A stretch of DNA of 63,332 nucleotides, filler included, from Hausera hauseri (taxonomy: Eukaryota): assembly GCA_046269625.1 (NCBI GenBank). It is 12 parts of 12 records of this genome, joined end to end, with 100 filler letters (N's around TTAATTAATTAA, not from the genome) between each part and the next. Parts side by side here need not be neighbours in the genome. Positions count along the whole stretch, not along the records: positions 1 to 10,236 come from JBJURY010217743.1; positions 10,337 to 15,863 come from JBJURY010236073.1; 10 more parts are not named here. The stretch is one strand, 5' to 3'. Each line of letters begins with the position of its first letter. The first letter of the stretch is position 1. Below are positions 1 through 11,116 of the stretch, piece after piece. The notes below the pieces were generated by a model, which was not told the origin of the DNA, searched no databases, and was given only the letters and a program-made list of their open reading frames with translations. The position numbers and the translations under genes were made by a program.

Positions 1-128
1 GACATTTTCAAAAATGAAATAATCTGAGGAAATATCAGTATTTATACTTTTTCATTCAAAATCAACCAATCGGAACGCGATGAGTCATTGAAAGTAAAAT
101 ATATAATGAAATTGTATCAAGTATATGC

Positions 129-515
129 TCATAGTCTAATGATTATTCCAAGAATAAGAAGTTTTCCAGTGTGAAAAACATTAACACAGTGGATTAAAAT
201 CTGTTAGACGTAATGCTGGAAATAATTCTGGTTCATATGAACACGGTACATTTTGTGCTAAGTCATTCACATTGATATTTTCATTCAGATTCATCATATA
301 TGGTTAATGACTGAAATCTTCCTATTTTGATATTTAGTGGTAAATCTGTTTCCACAATAGGTGTTTTACAACCCATAGTACGAAAACTACCTCTTAGAAA
401 CATAATGATTTTGCAATCGGCATAATTAAGAATACACTGTCTTGGTTTCCATTTGTTAAATTGAAGATGGACATTTTTTATCTGTATGTGCATTATAATT
501 AATGGTAACTAACAT
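129..515 (-). pseudogene. TATA-binding-protein (TBP)-like gene, frameshifted
   Basis: Stitching minus-strand frames gives ...KIIMFLRGSFRTMGCK...QSLTI/MMNLNENINVNDLAQNVPCSYEPELFPALRLTDFNPLC/VNVFHTGKLLILG, matching the two TBP repeats (TALIFSSGKMVCTGAK; SYEPELFPGL...LLIFVSGKVVLTG). At least 2 frameshifts. Confidence 0.75.
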
Positions 516-630
516 TTTAAAATTTCGCAGATACATACACTACTTGTATTCACTTTGAACCAATCAGATCGAAGTATCAGGGTAAAATTATTATAAATAC
601 ACTTCGCAGTGGGAAACAAATGATTTATAA

Positions 631-888
631 ATGGAATACAAACCGTACTGTCTTCGATTAGATGTTGATGACAATGGTAAAATCGTACTTGTCGATCCAA
701 ATGACAACAGTGGCAAAATAGCCTGTGACGAAACTATTATGGATGAAACAGATGAAATAGCCGAAGTAGTATTGAAGACCTTGATCTGGATGAAAAGTAG
801 CAACTTAGCTGATGAAATTATTGCGGATGATACAGCTGATTCAAATGAGGAAGAATGTCATGACAAAACTCCTCTTAAAAGCGTATAA
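631..888 (+). CDS. small acidic hypothetical protein (85 aa), divergent from the TBP-like gene
   Basis: ATG-initiated ORF, D/E-rich, with TATAAATA at 592-599. No recognisable motif. Confidence 0.4.
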   Translation: MEYKPYCLRLDVDDNGKIVLVDPNDNSGKIACDETIMDETDEIAEVVLKTLIWMKSSNLADEIIADDTADSNEEECHDKTPLKSV

Positions 889-1425
889 TTTTATTTTCAA
901 TATACCCTCTATACTGCTTTTATAGGATTTTGAAAGTACTGATGAACAATCGTATGATGAATATATAAATTAACTATCAACATTCTGTTGAAATGATAAA
1001 AACAAACAGGATGTCGATATTATCCATCTTATTGAACAGCTATTATTGAAGGTGGTGAAGTTAACGAAACTAAAATGGTATCTGAGGCCAAATTATCAAA
1101 TACTGTACGCGAACATATTGAATTATTCGCTCGTTGTGTGATGATATATGAGATTATAATGAAACTGGTACGACAGAAATGGAACGAAGACGTGAAGAAA
1201 AAAATGACTAACAGTCATCTTTTTTATGTGCTTTTATTAATAAACTATTTATTAATAAAACTACTGTTTAATGTTTAATAAATTTTTGTCTTTCGTGTTC
1301 TTTGCCAGATTTACTCTTTTTATCGTACATATGAACAAATAACAATTCGCTGAATTCAAATGTACAAAATAAAAACAAGTCACTGAATGCATAATTTATT
1401 ATTGTACAAATGTACAAAACATTCA

Positions 1426-1725
1426 TTATCCATAGTAATTAAATTCAACAATCACATTGTTTATTTCCTTCTGACTGTTTTCCTATTCCTCTACCATTCT
1501 GATTATCTTATCAATCATCGGAGTAAAATCAATCAATCTGCTTTGTATTACCTCCAACAGAATCTCTGGTGCTACATACACAAGATTATCTGATGCTGTA
1601 AACAGGGTCTGCACTTCATGTAATCACCGTTGAATATCTTGTTTTAATTTAATCACTGCTGAATACAGTCATTTTTGATTTAAATGAAGCCAAGATATCT
1701 GAATTCTTGGTTGAGACATTTTCAT
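1426..1725 (-). pseudogene. decayed small gene (MKMSQP...YSAVIKL), homologous to the gene starting at 15820
   Basis: Single frame with in-frame stops. Shares its TATA box, a 24-nt start region and the (Y/F)SAV(I/E)KL peptide with 15798-15863. Confidence 0.5.
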
Positions 1726-1815
1726 AAGTGGTACTTTCACACCGATATTTATATGAACTTTTCGAAATTTAAACAAATATACCAAAATTTAAACAAATTT
1801 TATTTGGCGCGAAAA
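1707..1815 (-). promoter_or_regulatory. TATA promoter with upstream E2F-type site
   Basis: Minus strand reads TTTTCGCGCCAA (E2F consensus TTTSSCGC) at ~1804-1815, then TATAAATA at ~1746-1753, then CACTTATGAAAATG. Confidence 0.45.
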
Positions 1816-1840
1816 TCGATTTTTTATAACTGCCTAAAAA

Positions 1841-1959
1841 CCATACAATACACTTCCTTCTCATACACACAAACATAACAGTATGTCTCCCATCTACACC
1901 CTACTAACCGTGCGTGTGTGTATCCTTTTTTTCCTACTCAAGACTCATTCAAGAACCAC
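1841..1959. repeat. ~120-bp direct repeat, copy 1
   Basis: ccatacaatac...taacagtatgtctcccatctacaccctactaaccgtgcgtgtgtgta...gaaccac aligns with 3687-3802. Confidence 0.75.
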
Positions 1960-3686
1960 TTCGATTTTGCCCCGGGGGTTGTGCTCATGTCCTCACTTCT
2001 GTCTACTAACTGGACATTCAAGGGCTATTGATCGATTTCAATAATCATCGTGGATGAAGACTACATCACGTGAATTTATAAAAATTATATCCGCTATATA
2101 AAATTCTATACAAAATTACTATTAACATCGAATACCTTGCCATACTTTCCAATTTTACTGGCTGCCTTATATTTTCGTTATTTCTTATGGTAAAGTTACG
2201 GAATTCATACAAGAATCATTTTATTTATACTATTTAGTCAGTTTATAAGTGATATTATAGGATTTACACTATAAGATAATTCGACTGTTAGTATTAATAT
2301 TTTCCATTACTTATTTAGTTGATACAAATTAAACAATTCAATTTTTATTATACTAAAACATGTCATTCAAACGACTTTTCTTTACGTATTCGCATCATTG
2401 CATAACGAGGTATTCCATCAGCAACACCAATTACTTAAATGTTTAATTTCCATTGTCATCCGTGTAACTATGCGGTATTAAGGATATGATTTTCCAGTGA
2501 CCTATTGGATATTATTATTGGGGCAAACCATTCGTATCTCGTTACTATTACTAGAATCAGTTGTACTCTGAAGAAGAATGGGAATCATGTTTTAGTACCG
2601 CTGCTGTCACCCATACTTGCTGTGATAACTCACTGTCCTCTTCTAAAATCCAATATTGGCAAAACGCTGTAATCGCAACCAATTTAGATAAGTCTAGTTA
2701 AATATAAGGCGACTTCAATGTCTTTATTTTCGCTTTAAATCGTTAATACTAACCATTTAGGCAAACTATTATTCCAAAAATAAATTTTTCGTCAAACGCG
2801 TTTGTAAAGATCAATTACTAGCGTTGTTATTTTCATTTAATTATGCTGTGGTGTTTCTGTTGGGTTCATTTGTTGATTCCGTTCGAGATTAGGTCAGAGT
2901 TCCGGTTAAACGTCGTAAGAGAATTTCCTTTTGATTTCAATTACTATCACAACACGTCGTTAGTTAATTTCGTTCGGAATTAACTTCAATGTTACTGGCA
3001 AAATTAGTCCCTTGTCGTTGATTCAACCGTTCTTAGGAGCGATTCAGATATCAATGTTCACGAGGAAATATTTTCTGTTCTCAGTTGTCAGTATTGAATA
3101 TATCGAAACGTCGCTGTCTTAAGCACTGAATTATCGTATCGTGTTGAAGAGATTACAATGGTCAACCGAGGTTTTCTGTCCAGGAATTTGTAGGATAAAC
3201 TATGCTGTGGCTAATTGAATAAGAAATGGTCCTGATGGATAATAATAACGATTGTCGTAAAACTTAGTAATTTTACTTGAGACAATCGCTGCAATAAAAT
3301 TCGTCAAAATTTCTTTCATGAAAAACTTTTCATAGGAATATTGGTTAAGTTGCTTTAAGGACGACAGTTTATATACTGTTGGGGATTTTCCAAAATTCAC
3401 ACGGTGATTTTAACATTTCATTCGTATTTCATAATTTCTACCAATTTCAGATTATTGGAATTTTGGTAATGGACATATGTACTTCTTTTGAAAAATCAAG
3501 ATTCTGGATTATGAGAATTATTTGTTGAAATTCGATTTTATCAATGTAGTTTGAGAACCGGTTAATGGTCGGATATTTTTCATTTCATTTTTGAAATAGT
3601 TTGTTCTTTGTGAAAATTTCATTTTGAAAATTAGTTCATTTGCTGGGGGTTTTGCACAATATTCAAATTTTAGAACCCTTTTTAAT

Positions 3687-3802
3687 CCATACAGTACATG
3701 TGTTTGTGTGTATCACTTTACTAACTGTATGTCTCCTATCTCCGCCCTATTAAACGTGCATGTGCGTAACATTTTCTCATCCATTACTCATCCCTGAACC
3801 AC
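3687..3802. repeat. ~120-bp direct repeat, copy 2
   Basis: ccatacagtac...taactgtatgtctcctatctccgccctattaaacgtgcatgtgcgta...gaaccac aligns with 1841-1959. Confidence 0.75.
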
Positions 3803-4378
3803 ATGAATTCTCACTTTAAACAGGAGAGGGAGGAGACCTTGGTACCGTGCGCTCACATCTACCTACTATTTAACAATTGAATTTTAAAATAAAGAATTTA
3901 AGAAAATGAAAGAAATCTTACATTACTTGTGAAGAAAATCAATGATAATTAATATAAAACATTTCGTAAGATTTCCTCTATAACATAAATAAATTATTCT
4001 TATCTTGTAATAAAATGATTTTATCTCAAAAAATTTAATCATTTTCCTATTATCGTCATACGAAATATATGAAGATACAATAGATTGTGATTTTATAAAA
4101 AATAATCAATAAGCAAATAACATGGCGATAAAATGTCGCAAGTAACGCACAATCAACAGAAACCATTAGAATATATCCAAATTATTAGGCCGATCTATGT
4201 CACTATAATACCTCTTGTTCAACCGTTTATTTAAAGTAAAATTCAAATAAAAATAGCTAAAGGTCCTCATTTAAATTAACGAAAACAAAACAAAATTTCC
4301 AAATGAAGTACACTTTTAAAGTATAATGAAAAGGTAACAAAGCAATATATAATTAAAATCTTTATTAATTTTAAATAT

Positions 4379-5869
4379 TTAATTTAAAAGCTTTTTAATT
4401 CCTTCATGCAGATTTTCAAAGTCTACATTACTTCGAGGGCATCGTTTTGACAGAATTAAAATGTTGTTCACTGATATTTCAAATTCTCTAATGTAAGATG
4501 TTGTATAGTTTTTAAAACTTTGTAAATCATTCTTTTGATTTTGAACGTTGGATGCGAATGTCTTGAACCCTTCAATTACATTCTTTTCTTCTAATCTGAT
4601 TGCATCAGACACATTGACAACTGATTCACTTTCTTTGTCAATTAGAGATGAAATTTTGTGAATCTTGTAAAAGTATGTTGTAATATTAAACCATCTTGTG
4701 AGGAAATAGTTGTTTCTTAAACATTCGGAGTAATTGTCTTCTTCTGTTAAACTGTTTTCATCTAACTTACTGATATATGACATAATTATATCTACTGTAA
4801 GCCGCGTTCCTTCCATTTGTTCTTCTAACAAATCTTTAAGAAATGTTCGTGAATTTTTTTCATAGTACTCAGTATCCTTACAAAAATTAAGCAAACTGCA
4901 CAAATTCTTGATTTCCAAGCCGTCATTTTCTGAACAACCAAACGGACATGTATCAACATTTGGTGTGTAAGTATTAATACATTTGTTACATAGTCCATGT
5001 TGGCAATTTCGAAATTTAGCATAATTTATAAATTTAATACTGCTTTTGCACAAAAGACATTCATTTGATGAACCATAATCCAAACCTTCAACATTAAATC
5101 TAAACGATCCGATCAAATTAATTAATATGCTTTTCATGAAGTTACATGCTTCAACAATTGTGGCACACAAACATCTGTATGTATCTCTCTTTTCAATGAA
5201 CATTATAGGAAAAATTTCTTCTTTATTAGTCATGAATTCTTTTTCAGTTACTTCAATTCCTTCTAGAATTTCTTCATACAGAGGAGTCAAAAAATGTTTC
5301 CACATATCCAATAAATTGAGTTCGAATAATACATCAAAACGTTTATCAACAAATATTTTTTCTTTGTACAGCTTTCGGTAATTTTCAATGCATTTTTCTA
5401 CGAACGCCATTTTAAGTTCTATAGGATTTGTAAAATTATTTGACATTATAGAAACAATTTCAGCGCTGTGCGAATTTATTTGTTGAAATTTGACTTTATT
5501 CAAATCAATATTGCCGTTTTTCTTAATAGTTAAACTCAATTTTATGCACTGTTCCATTAAAATTTCTGTTTGTTGCATGATATAAATAAATCTTTTATTA
5601 GTCTCAACTTCTTCGGATACGGTATGCTTTAGTCTTGAGAAAAGATTTTCAAAGAGAAACTTCGTAAGAGGCTGTGAGTGTCTTGTTTTATCTGTACAAT
5701 CTATGGAAATGACATGTTTTGGAATTTCTCCATCAATTGGACAATGAATGAAAATCATAAAATAATCTGAAATGCAGTTAGGACAAAGCATATGTGAACA
5801 GCAATCGAACTGGTATTTTGTAGTGCTACACTCTTCTGTGCATTTTGAACATTGATTGCGACTCGGCAT
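4379..5869 (-). CDS. intronless protein with two RING-HC fingers (putative E3 ubiquitin ligase), 496 aa
   Basis: RING1 CSKC..CSHMLCPNC..CPID (C3HC3D type); RING2 CLLC..CQHGLCNKC..CPFGC. TATA-like TTTATATAA ~35 nt upstream of the ATG and AATAAA just after the stop. Confidence 0.75.
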   Translation of the reverse strand: MPSRNQCSKCTEECSTTKYQFDCCSHMLCPNCISDYFMIFIHCPIDGEIPKHVISIDCTDKTRHSQPLTKFLFENLFSRLKHTVSEEVETNKRFIYIMQQTEILMEQCIKLSLTIKKNGNIDLNKVKFQQINSHSAEIVSIMSNNFTNPIELKMAFVEKCIENYRKLYKEKIFVDKRFDVLFELNLLDMWKHFLTPLYEEILEGIEVTEKEFMTNKEEIFPIMFIEKRDTYRCLCATIVEACNFMKSILINLIGSFRFNVEGLDYGSSNECLLCKSSIKFINYAKFRNCQHGLCNKCINTYTPNVDTCPFGCSENDGLEIKNLCSLLNFCKDTEYYEKNSRTFLKDLLEEQMEGTRLTVDIIMSYISKLDENSLTEEDNYSECLRNNYFLTRWFNITTYFYKIHKISSLIDKESESVVNVSDAIRLEEKNVIEGFKTFASNVQNQKNDLQSFKNYTTSYIREFEISVNNILILSKRCPRSNVDFENLHEGIKKLLN

Positions 5870-6500
5870 ACTTTTTGATTATCATTCATCAGTTCAATTA
5901 TATAAATGGTAATGAAGTTTTTCGAAAATTTAATTTATCAAAAATATATTGGATTAAAATAAATTTTTAAAAATTTTAACAATTTTAAGTATTTACTTAG
6001 AAGTTTTTTCTTTATTCAATTTACAATAGAAAAAATTATAGCTTCAAAAATTTGTTTCTATATTGTGTCGACTGTTCGGTGCATCATTGGATGAATATGA
6101 ATGTTCTCCTTCTATAATGGTTAAAATGGCAATACTATTTTAATAATTAACCCATTTAAACCTGCATACAGAAATAATGATCAAATTTGTTGGTTGATTC
6201 ATCCGGTCTATTATGCGCTATGTGAGCACATGTTTGTAAAGGTTTGCAGAAAAAAACAGTGATGACATGTAGTTCTGTGACGTTGAGAAAACGCAATGTC
6301 AGATCCAAGCGCGTAGGTCAATTAACAAACTTTTTTCACTTAAAAGAAAGCTTCAGACCTACTACGTATCCAATAAAACATTTAGCTCATTATGAATAAC
6401 AAGACAAATATTCACATAATACTATGGGCCTAATAGATCAAACAAATCTAATGTCTATTTATCCTTACTATGATTCTTTTGATTGCTTCTAAAATATACG

Positions 6501-6670
6501 TGTGAGGATATAATCGAGAACGGAATTTCTAAATTTAAATTAGAAACATTTTTAAATTAAAAAAAATTAATTTAAAAGTGTAATATTAAAAGTTTGATTT
6601 AAATTTAGAATTTGAGAAAATTGTTTGAAAATTTGTTTCCTAGTATTTTGGATTATAATAAAATTTTCAA
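6501..6670. mobile_element. LTR-like terminus of an AT-rich repeat (also at 58839)
   Basis: Begins TGTGAGGATATAAT(c/t)GA(g/t)AAC and aligns with 58839-59022. Right boundary uncertain. Confidence 0.5.
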
Positions 6671-8579
6671 TAACTGGTGTTACTTTTCAATGAGCAATTA
6701 CAAACGACCAAATTCTGATTTAGCGGATAGACCATGGGGCGGGAATTTTCCAACCGTACCCCAGCTGGGCGACGAGGTGGACGACGTGGATTCGCCCGCA
6801 GCCAACATCAACCATTTATGATTATTAAATTATAATAATTAAATCATGTAATTAAAAATTAAAATTGAAATTGAAATTTAACTTTGTAACTATCAGTAAA
6901 AGTAATATGAGAAACAAAAAACGACAGAGATGAAGCCCATAAAATTGAAATTATGAAGCAAAATTTAAATCATAATAAATCAAAAGTTATAAAGGTACAA
7001 GCGAGTACTTAAGCTATCTAGTATCTACACACAACGAATTCTACTACAGTATGTTTCGTAGGATTGTCAAAAGTCCCGAATTTTAACGTCTGCTTAAAAT
7101 GCACCAAAAGCCGACTATTTTGAGCTGTAAAAATTGTGCCTACTTACCATATACGACATAACATCTCAGTTAATGTATTCGTAATGAGAAAAATGTATTT
7201 ACCAATGAAATGTTTATAAAATGTTAAAGAAAAGTAAAATTTATGTAATTCATAAATAATTTTGTTACGAAATATTTACAAAAATATGGCATATATAGCG
7301 TTTACATTAACAGATATATAGAACTTAACAAGTACAACTACAGGGTGATGAGCAAAATATCGGATTTCCGTTTGTTTTAATGATATATTTTGACCTTGTT
7401 TTCATGTATCTGAACTACATTGTTTTATCATAGTATTATTTATTATATGATTTAAACACGAAAGGCGCATCTAACCATATAAGTTTCCAACACAAGTGGC
7501 CCAAAACCACAATCTAGTTTTGGCGAATTGTCGATGAATCCCGGACTGCGGACTATGGGTTAATGATAACCAAACATCCGATAAGCAAATGATTGAAAAA
7601 ATCTGTGAAAAGTTACAGTGGTTCGTATCACAACCCATGTGCATGTGAATCGATGTACACATTTTGGCTCAACTGAGAGTAGAATCGATAGAACTGATCG
7701 GACAGAGTTGATCGAATTGAAATAAGACTCGAATCAGGTAAGTAATGGTCAGAAACACCAAAGAGGAGACCCCATGAGAAGTCAAAAAGATATTCTTGAA
7801 CCAGGTTGTAAAGTTTCATCTTACAACTGCAAAAAATATTAGTAACAGAATTATAAAACCACACATTCAACAAAATCGCGGATTCGTCCTAATTAAAGAA
7901 ATAATAAAATTAAAATTTCTTAAATTTTAATTAAGGAAATCACGAATTCGCCTATAGAAAATAATATAAAAATAAAAGTGGCAGAAACAAAAAATGGGGA
8001 TTTCAAGTGTCGAATTGACCAGCACTTTGTAATCAGCAACAAAAATCTGTGAATTTTGAAACTTTTGTTTAAATTCGCAGACAAAACGAAAAACAGATTA
8101 TTCGAAAAAAGCGAAAACCAGTTGAAAACTCGAAAACAAGAAAGAACGATTCTACAAAAAATGCAATCACCGCGAAACAACACTAAGTCTATGTCAAGGA
8201 AATCGAAATCCAGTGAGCCCATCATTAGAGAAAATGAGAAGACCATCCGAACCAACGTCACCATCCCCCACATCCAACTATATGCGACGGGAATAGCGAA
8301 AAGAATCCAACCCATACCGGCGTACCGAATCCCAAAGTACCCCGACTAGCACACGCTGAAAAAAACGCGCAAGCACCCAACGATAGGTTACATAATGACC
8401 AGGTAGTAAAAAGCAGGCTACATCCCGTCGGTCGAAACTGTCAAAAAATCAAGCCAGAGAAATGTCGATGTCCCCAGGAGATGACCAGGGACCATTAAAC
8501 TCCGCCCAGATCCTATTCAGACTACCGAACGGTGCATGAGTTGATGCAGAATAGGGGAAAAACGGGAGGGTAATCGCTA

Positions 8580-9880
8580 AATCTATTTTGCACATGTGCC
8601 AATCTATAGTGCACAGGGAGCACTATCGATCGGTAATGTGCTAGATAACGGTGCCGTTAGGCACCGTTGCTATGCACATTTTTGCACATTTCACAAATCA
8701 ATAGCTGCAAATGCACAATTGATCGAATCAATCGGGAAAAGTGCTAATTGATAGTGCACATTGGTGCACATCGATTGGTGCACAGTGAAGGTGCACAGCA
8801 CGTATGCAAGTGTGCAAAAATCAATAATATCGGATTTACGATATTTCCAATATTGATGATTAGCACATGGCACCGGGTGAAATTGAATGCAAAATTGATG
8901 CAATATGTGAATGTGCAATTAGAATTTAAATCGATCGAATGGTTTTCGAATAAATGCCAGGTGGTACAGACTTCCCATAGGCCTTTCCGGTATAAAATGA
9001 AAAATTGATAAAATCTATACATGGCATATACTGGTCGGTAGTGCACGCGGTGCACTACCAATTGGCAAATTCTCGAGGCGGAGGTGCCCTTTTACCCTTT
9101 TCACATTTTTGTAGCTGTACGGCCTAGAATTGATAGAATCGAATGGGGCCAAGTGCTAAGGGATAGAGCATGTCGAGACATATCTTCTTGTGCACTGTGA
9201 AAGTGCACTGCACATGTGCAAGTGCGTGTAAATCAATTATATCAGTTTTCCGATATTTCCAATATTGATGATTAGCACATGTGAACAGGTGCAATCGATT
9301 AGCAAAACGGTACCCTATACGAATGTTCAATTAGAATATAAATCGCTCGAGTGGATTTCGAATAATATCGACTCGAAAGTGAGATGGGGCAGACTTCCCG
9401 TAGATTTTATTTGTTCTAAGGAGGCAAAAATCGATATAACATTTAGCGGGGACAGATAGGACGTTGAGTATGGAGATCTAGAATATAGAATCGAATATTC
9501 GAAATTCGAACATTTTTCCCTTCGAATGTCGAACTTAGAACTTTTCGAAAAATCTGGCAACGGCATTCGATTCACCATGTTCGAAAACCCTTTGACGCAT
9601 TAAAGTTATTCCATAAAAATATGCTATATAGATACAAAATCAATATTTACAATTAAGAAAAATATGCATTTAAAGCTCAATGAAGCAGAAATCGATAAAT
9701 CCTTAAGCGCACACACATAGGAAGTCACATATGATGAATCGGAATGTGACATCAGATATTCTAATTCGAGCTTAAAAGTCGAATAATTAGCTATTCTAAT
9801 TCGAAAACTCGGTTAAGCGCGCATTATTCGAAGAATCTAATGATGTCATTCGATTCCCCATATGCGAAAACCTACAAGGA
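8580..9880. repeat. interspersed repeat with internal sub-repeats, rich in GTGCAC/ATCGAT/TTCGAA palindromes
   Basis: 8720-8950 is repeated at 9128-9363. The motif cattcgattc(c/a)ccat..gaaaacc occurs at ~9564 and ~9847. The whole block is homologous to 25289-26140. Confidence 0.8.
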
Positions 9881-9884
9881 AACC

Positions 9885-10236
9885 AAGCCTTCCACATGCA
9901 TAACATGGTAAAGATATTGGACAGGTTATACAGGACCAAGTTTTTCACGTCAATCGACCTAGGGAATGCATATTACCAAGTGGAGCTAGAGGAAGATTTC
10001 AAACTGAAGACGGTGTTTTCAACCAAATTCTGACAGTTCTGTTTCAACAGGATGTCATTCGGTATAGCTGCAGCCCCGGGCACATACCAAAAACTAACGC
10101 ATAAAGTTCCAGGGGACATTGAACAAAGAGTGGTACATCTAGATGATATACTAATCTTCTCTAAGACACTAGAAGAGCATTATAGGCAACTAGAAAAGAT
10201 ATTGCAGCGGATCAGGGAAGCAGGTCTCAGAGTAAA
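9885..10236 (+). pseudogene. Ty3/Gypsy reverse transcriptase fragment
   Basis: FTSIDLGNAYYQV, MSFGIAAAPGTYQ, VHLDDILIFS. Contains a stop codon and is cut by the contig end. Confidence 0.85.
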
Positions 10237-10336
10237 NNNNNNNNNNNNNNNNNNNNNNNNNNNNNNNNNNNNNNNNNNNNTTAATTAATTAANNNNNNNN
10301 NNNNNNNNNNNNNNNNNNNNNNNNNNNNNNNNNNNN
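10237..10336. other. artificial contig linker
   Basis: N44-TTAATTAATTAA-N44 (stops in all six frames). Confidence 0.98.
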
Positions 10337-10624
10337 TGCGGGCGGCGGCGGTGTCATTGATTCAGAAGTTTTGTGGTGAAATTCGAAAGGCATTACAATC
10401 ACACAAATCGTGTTTGTTCGCTGTGACGAAGTGGAATTCAATGTAATGTCACCGGAACAATTGAGATTGTCTTGTGTCAATGAAGCAACACGAAATGAAC
10501 GCAAAGAATTTGGCTTTGGTAATATGGACGAAACCACCTATGTATAATGATTGTGATATTAATAATATTAGTTAGTTGTTTTGTTTGTGTTATAAACAAT
10601 AAATGATTTTGTAAATAAGAAGTA

Positions 10625-11116
10625 ATGGCAACAGGATTTATAGATATTGAAGCTTTCCAAGATGATAATGCCCGGTACACAATAAAGGAATTTTGCATTA
10701 TGGACGTCGGTAACACTTTCAAATCGCTTGTGTACATATTCAAGCCCGGTATTGTGTGGAAAGACCAGACGGGAAAAGCAAAAATAACAAATGGATTTCT
10801 CTTTCGACATCTTCATGGACTTCATTGGTATGAAGGCAATTCAACGTTTTGTGCGCGGTTTATAGTGGGGGAGATTTGTGATCGTTTTGACATTGAAAAT
10901 ACAATATTTTATATTAAAGATCAAATTGACGGACAAAAGTTTACACAAGTACATTCACACTTTCCCGAGTTGCTAATGACGACATATTCAACAACATCGA
11001 ACAACTCGCTGGCGATGGTACCTAACAATATCCGATGTCAGTATCGTGATCATGGACCACATTATCCTTACAAAAATTGTCTACGGCTTTTTATTGACAA
11101 TGTTTCATGCAAATAA
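10625..11116 (+). CDS. DEDD-family 3'-5' exonuclease-like protein typical of Maverick/adintovirus elements (163 aa)
   Basis: FIDIEAF...IKEFC...IFKP...RHLHGLHWYEG pattern; intact ORF followed by AATAAA; lies next to a pPolB. Confidence 0.65.
   Translation: MATGFIDIEAFQDDNARYTIKEFCIMDVGNTFKSLVYIFKPGIVWKDQTGKAKITNGFLFRHLHGLHWYEGNSTFCARFIVGEICDRFDIENTIFYIKDQIDGQKFTQVHSHFPELLMTTYSTTSNNSLAMVPNNIRCQYRDHGPHYPYKNCLRLFIDNVSCK

Noticed and set aside
2000-3620. Minus-strand coding-like remnants
   Set aside because: Probably pseudogenes, but no assignable motif.
7850-8330. ORFs 7920-8315 and 8056-8349, weakly similar to 16670-17000
   Set aside because: Looks like a diverged untranslated repeat region; ORFs lack motifs and the alignment is too loose to define boundaries.
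8641-8668. Helitron 3' end (hairpin plus CTAG on the minus strand)
   Set aside because: CTAG is only 2 nt from the hairpin, is not followed by T, and is absent from the second copy.
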